Positions 59,757-64,000 of a stretch of 64,000 nucleotides of DNA are shown one piece after another. Numbering within the stretch: position 1 is the stretch's first letter; each line of letters opens with the position of its first letter. Source of the stretch: Thermovirgaceae bacterium (GTDB lineage Bacteria; Synergistota; Synergistia; Synergistales; Thermovirgaceae); contig JAXGNU010000005.1 in the NCBI GenBank assembly GCA_040767805.1, forward strand, positions 1 through 64,000. Reading direction: 5' to 3'. A program made the translations under genes and the position numbers. The notes below the pieces were generated by a model. It was given only the letters and a program-made list of their open reading frames with translations, searched no databases and was not told the DNA's origin.

Positions 59757-60269
59757 TTATTCATAAATCCCAGCTTTATATTTACGAATATCTCTCGATA
59801 GATAAACAATAGAAAACAACAACATAAGAAGGTATCCAATTAATATCGCACTTTGGGGCACAAGAAGAGGTATTTTCCATATCACAGTCACTGGATTAAA
59901 TTCAAGGTCAAATAGAAGCATCTGAACTGCTAGAATAACAAGTGGAATTCCTAAGATAACCTGAATTATTTTTGAAATCAGTGAAACTATTAAACTAGTC
60001 TTTTTTGACACAAAAACAGCCAGAAAATCTGCCTTTATTTCAGTTTCTCGAAATGAGGAATAGGCGGCACCAATAAAATACATCCAAAACGCCCCAACAA
60101 GAACAAATTCTTCATAACCAATAAAATTTTTGTATAAAACATAACGAAATAATACGACAACACCCAATATTACTGTTACAAGTACAGTTGACAAAATCAT
60201 TAAAAATCTTAAGGTTTTTAAAAGAACCTTCCAGAAGATTGTGCGCTGAATTCTTTCGTCCCAGTGCAT
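59757..60269 (-). CDS. TRAP small permease DctQ
   Basis: 4 TM helices, VLFRYV, EE...WMYFIGAA; AGGAAGGAG RBS. Confidence 0.88.
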   Translation of the reverse strand: MHWDERIQRTIFWKVLLKTLRFLMILSTVLVTVILGVVVLFRYVLYKNFIGYEEFVLVGAFWMYFIGAAYSSFRETEIKADFLAVFVSKKTSLIVSLISKIIQVILGIPLVILAVQMLLFDLEFNPVTVIWKIPLLVPQSAILIGYLLMLLFSIVYLSRDIRKYKAGIYE

Positions 60270-60404
60270 TACTTCTCTCCTTCCTACTTCTTTCTTGCGC
60301 GAATCTCTTGTAAGAATAAGCGAAGCAACATAACATGCTTGAAAACAATGCCATGCCATGTTGCCTCGCTCATGTTTAAAATTGGGGAATAAACCTCTTC
60401 CCTG

Positions 60405-61415
60405 TTATTTTGTGATATAGGCGACAATCGAATCCATCAGTTCTTTAGAAAAAGTATCGGAATACTTTGGCCATATTGTATCGCGAGCGAGTTTCGCCAT
60501 AAACTCCCTTTCGTTTTGAGTAGGTTCTATCACCTCTATACCAAATTCTTTCATTTCTGCGATATATTGGTTATGGCTCCTTTCTGCTTCCGCGTTCGTC
60601 CACTTTGCGACTTCCGCAAAAGCTTCTCTCATTATTTTCTGATTCTTTTCACCAAGTGCTTCCCATGCCTTTTTGCTTATGACGTAATCATTAAGTGCAA
60701 AAACGCAGTCATAAGTGATGTATGATCCTACAGCATCACGAAGTTCGAGAAAAACGGCTTCTGGACTGTCACCTGTATTCCCGTTGATGACGTTTGTCTG
60801 CATTGATGAGAAAACTTCTGTGCGAGGCAATGTAGCTACCTGATAGCCCATTGCCATGTACCACTCTCTCTTCGGGGGTGTCGCTTCAACTCTGACCGTC
60901 ATCTTTTTTGTATCTGTCGTAAAGGGCGTAGTGACAGTTTTCCCTTTTGAAATGGCGGCGCCCTGAATTCCGTCAATAACGGAACCAATATAGACAACTC
61001 CGCATTCTTCGTATGCCATCGCAAAAAATTTCGCAAAGGGTGATTCTGGTTCAAGAAGCGCATTCAACTCTTTAAAATCTTTAACAATGAATGGTAATGT
61101 TTGAATGTCAAACTTTTTGTTAAATCTCGGAGTTGCATAATTACCTTCCATATCAACGGTTCCACGAATCACTTCCTGAAACACGTTCTCGTAACTACCA
61201 AGCTGACTTGATGGGAAAACTCTAATCTCGACTTCCCCGTTTGTACGTTCTTTCATTATTCGAGCAAATTTTTCATAGCCTTCTGTTAGAAATGAGCCAG
61301 GGGGGAACAACCCAGAAAAGCGAAGTTTCAGCGGCTGTGCTTCTGCAGCCATACATAAAAATGGAACTAGGATTATTGTCAATAATACTGTGCTAACAAA
61401 CGTTTTTTTGGTCAT
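60405..61415 (-). CDS. TRAP substrate-binding protein DctP
   Basis: Signal peptide, ERTNGEVEIRVFPSSQLG, EVFSSMQTNVING. Confidence 0.92.
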   Translation of the reverse strand: MTKKTFVSTVLLTIILVPFLCMAAEAQPLKLRFSGLFPPGSFLTEGYEKFARIMKERTNGEVEIRVFPSSQLGSYENVFQEVIRGTVDMEGNYATPRFNKKFDIQTLPFIVKDFKELNALLEPESPFAKFFAMAYEECGVVYIGSVIDGIQGAAISKGKTVTTPFTTDTKKMTVRVEATPPKREWYMAMGYQVATLPRTEVFSSMQTNVINGNTGDSPEAVFLELRDAVGSYITYDCVFALNDYVISKKAWEALGEKNQKIMREAFAEVAKWTNAEAERSHNQYIAEMKEFGIEVIEPTQNEREFMAKLARDTIWPKYSDTFSKELMDSIVAYITK

Positions 61416-61995
61416 AATAATTACCTCCCTGCATTATCTAAATAAAAGTACGAATGAAACACTGCGTGCTATTATTCATGATCCTCTTCTCACTATCTGA
61501 GTCTGATCTAATCACCTCCATTCAAGTTCACATATTTCGCTTGTCAATCGTCTGAACCACTAGATTCTTAGTCATCTCGGTCGTAATACTCTCAGTCAGT
61601 TCGGAATTGCTTTAAATATTTAACAACTCTGAAGGATTTTATAATCTCAATTTTCCGCGCCAGGTTAGAATAACCTCCTTCCTGGACTACTTATTTCCCC
61701 TATCGTTCTCTGAACTCCCTATGGTGAATTAAAAGCAATCCAATCCTTTGCATCAAACCTTTTTCCCAAAAAGTAAGAACCAAATAAGAAGTCATGAAAT
61801 TCTCTACTTCTATGTTTTATGTGGTGGAATAAATTAAAGTTAATAATAAGGTTTTTTATACTGGCACTACCATGGATAGACCATAAATATAAGTGACTAT
61901 ACAATAGAACCATTTTTTTGTCTAGCTTCCGAGTTACCTCTGTGATCGGACAGCGGTAATTTCCCACCTCAGGGTTTTGTTAGAGATTGTATCCC

Positions 61996-62325
61996 ATGAA
62001 GGACGAGGGTGACATCAGGTTGCCCATCAAGCAGGCGCGGAGACTTCACGTTCTTGAAGAGGTGACGGGCGGGGTGATAACCAACAGGGAGGCTTCAGCC
62101 GCTTTGGGGCTGTCGGTGCGGCAGATCCAGAGGATAAAGACCGGCTACGAGGAGGCGGGAGCGTCATCGCTGGTCCACGGCAACACCGGCCGCAAGCCTT
62201 CCAACTTCATCCCTACCGACATAAGGGCCTTGGTGGCAGAGCGTGCCGTTGGCCTGTGGAAGGGAGCCAGCGCCAGCCACATGTCGGAGCTACTCTTTAC
62301 CGAAGCGGGGCGGCGGACCCGTTAA
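61996..62325 (+). pseudogene. N-terminal HTH fragment of an ISNCY-like transposase
   Basis: EASAALGLSVRQIQRIK..Y...G...LVHGNTGRKPSN; no catalytic domain follows. Confidence 0.7.
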
Positions 62326-62529
62326 GGACCCGGCGGTGATAGCCCGGGTCCTGAAGGTGGATCATACCAAGGCCTTTGTTCTTTTTTCAAAGATTCTCAA
62401 ACGATTCAGCTTTGCTCACAAGGGACGACCGATTACCTGTCCCGCCTTATTTGTTTTTTGTAGAACTCAAAGGACTCAATTGAGCAACAGCTGAGCAACA
62501 GCCCGTCAAGACCTGACACCAATCAGGTC

Positions 62530-63438
62530 TTACCGGTGATAATCCTTATTCACGAGCCAGAAAGCCACAGAGCCGTCCTTTTCCCTGTAAAGGAAGACTT
62601 TGTACCGTTCTCTCTCCCAAAGGCTGCTTTTATTCGGCGAATAGGTATCGGCCGGGCCGAGGAAGCTCTCAAAAAATGCTTTCAGCCCCTCAAAGGCCTC
62701 CCTGTCCTTGGGCAATGCCGTGCCCCTCAGCATGGAGAAGGTGGAGTTTTTGAAACCGTACAGGAAAGCGCCCTTCTTCATGGGGATCCCGCCCAATTCT
62801 GAAACTTTGAGGTCCCCTTGTCCAAGGTAGTAACTGATGTTCAGGTCGTGATCCCGAGAGATGAACTGGATATTGACCGTTCCGTAGGACTTGGCTCCCC
62901 ACCTGAGGCCCTTGAATCCGTCTTCGAAGGGATCCTCCGGGGCCGGCGGGCATGACTCCTCGCCATCCAGGCCCTCCAGGAATGCCCCGGCGGAGACCAG
63001 GTTGCTCTCGTCGTCAGGGTCGTGGACTATCTGTACCCAGTTGTTGGGGCTTTCCCATCTCACGTAGTCCAACTCGGCCGAGCCTCGAGACGGGGTCCCC
63101 AGCTCCCTCTCCAGGACTTCGCACCAGGTCTCCCATTCAGCCCGCCCGGGACATCCCTCGGCCAGGAAACCCTCGAACCTGAGTTGGTTGAAGAAGAAAA
63201 GGGGGCTTTCAACGAACTTAAGACCCTTCCAGGTCCTGGCGACACTGTCGGCGCGGGCCCAGGTCAGTTGCCCCTCTTCCTCGTCGCATTCCTCGTGGTC
63301 CGACAGGTCCTGGAACTCCGAAAAGGGCTGACCCCACCGGTAGCTGTCGTAACCCTCCGGTTCATTGAAGGAAAAAGCCGGCGAGGCCGCCAACAATGTC
63401 AACAGGGTGAAAAATACCAGGGCCTTTTTCAAAGCCAT
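62530..63438 (-). CDS. Hypothetical exported protein with an internally duplicated domain
   Basis: Signal peptide (AFS); EPEGYDSYRWG and EDGFKGLRWG each open a similar half. Confidence 0.65.
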   Translation of the reverse strand: MALKKALVFFTLLTLLAASPAFSFNEPEGYDSYRWGQPFSEFQDLSDHEECDEEEGQLTWARADSVARTWKGLKFVESPLFFFNQLRFEGFLAEGCPGRAEWETWCEVLERELGTPSRGSAELDYVRWESPNNWVQIVHDPDDESNLVSAGAFLEGLDGEESCPPAPEDPFEDGFKGLRWGAKSYGTVNIQFISRDHDLNISYYLGQGDLKVSELGGIPMKKGAFLYGFKNSTFSMLRGTALPKDREAFEGLKAFFESFLGPADTYSPNKSSLWERERYKVFLYREKDGSVAFWLVNKDYHR

Positions 63439-63724
63439 CCCTCCCTTGCCTAGGTCACGGGCTCTCTAGAAATTCCTCTTAAATCAACACTGTCGAAGGC
63501 CGGATCAGGGACCCTGTCAAATGGGCCCAAAGGTTCGCATGAAAGGGCTTTCCTTGGAAAAAACAGGCGAAGAAGAGTTGACCGGTGGTCCCGTCGGGCC
63601 GGGACGTTTTTTGATCTCCCCTTTCCTGGTGACCCTGCAGGGCCTGTAGCCGGGAAAAGCCTTCATTCCCATGGTTTTCACCTCTCCACCCAACCCCGGT
63701 AATTGAAATGATTGTATACTATTC

Positions 63725-63752
63725 TTGCCTTTCAGGGATTTGTGTCTATAAT
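63725..63752 (+). promoter_or_regulatory. Sigma70-type promoter
   Basis: TTGCCT-16 nt-TATAAT. Confidence 0.5.
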
Positions 63753-63819
63753 ACCCGCGTCAGTATGAAATCACCCCTAAAGCCCATGGGGGTGACCCTA
63801 TTTCAAAGGGGGCGGGTTT

Positions 63820-64000
63820 TTGACCCGAAGACTCCTGAGGGATCTTGTCCCGGCGGTCGCCTTGGTGTGCGCGGCTTTAGCCCTGCTTCACACCATCCAA
63901 GGAGAACGCCCGGAGAGTTCCCCGGTGAACGCCGTCTCCGAATGGAGCCGGGAGCGTGCCGTAGCCGACCGTGTTTCTCAGCTCGACGGCACCGTCACCT
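63820..64000 (+). CDS. Partial CDS with N-terminal hydrophobic helix (runs off the window)
   Basis: TTG start; open frame TRRLLRDLVPAVALVCAALALL... to the window end. Confidence 0.45.
   Translation, partial: MTRRLLRDLVPAVALVCAALALLHTIQGERPESSPVNAVSEWSRERAVADRVSQLDGTVT

Noticed and set aside
61719..61967. 82-aa AT-rich ORF as a gene
   Set aside because: No clear RBS or motif; it may be a gene remnant next to the IS fragment but cannot be supported.

Overview
The window has two parts. About 1-31.4 kb is high-GC chromosomal backbone of an anaerobic, amino-acid-fermenting bacterium; the gene content suggests Synergistota, which is an inference. It carries a tungsten aldehyde:ferredoxin oxidoreductase cluster, kbl/tdh, a head-to-head pair of tRNA-editing genes (archaeal-type DTD2 and a free-standing B3/4 domain), arcC, a DEAD-box helicase, c-di-GMP signalling genes, rmuC, UPF0182 and a selenocysteine-containing selD. 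A HUH/Y1 (RAYT-like) endonuclease gene at 31.4-32.4 kb is bracketed by a 24-bp repeat. That repeat also forms a 4-copy tandem array and a 132-bp mini-element 28 kb away. About 32.6-62.5 kb is an accessory mosaic containing: an uncharacterised activase-GRE-GRE-activase glycyl radical locus with an atypical catalytic loop; a TRAP operon with a lesion in each of its three genes; IS21, two IS256 and IS1182 remnants; and a low-GC TRAP-racemase-cyclodeaminase-dehydratase operon. All calls come from motifs read by eye; no database searches were run. Part of the IS 'decay' looks like unpolished long-read error.
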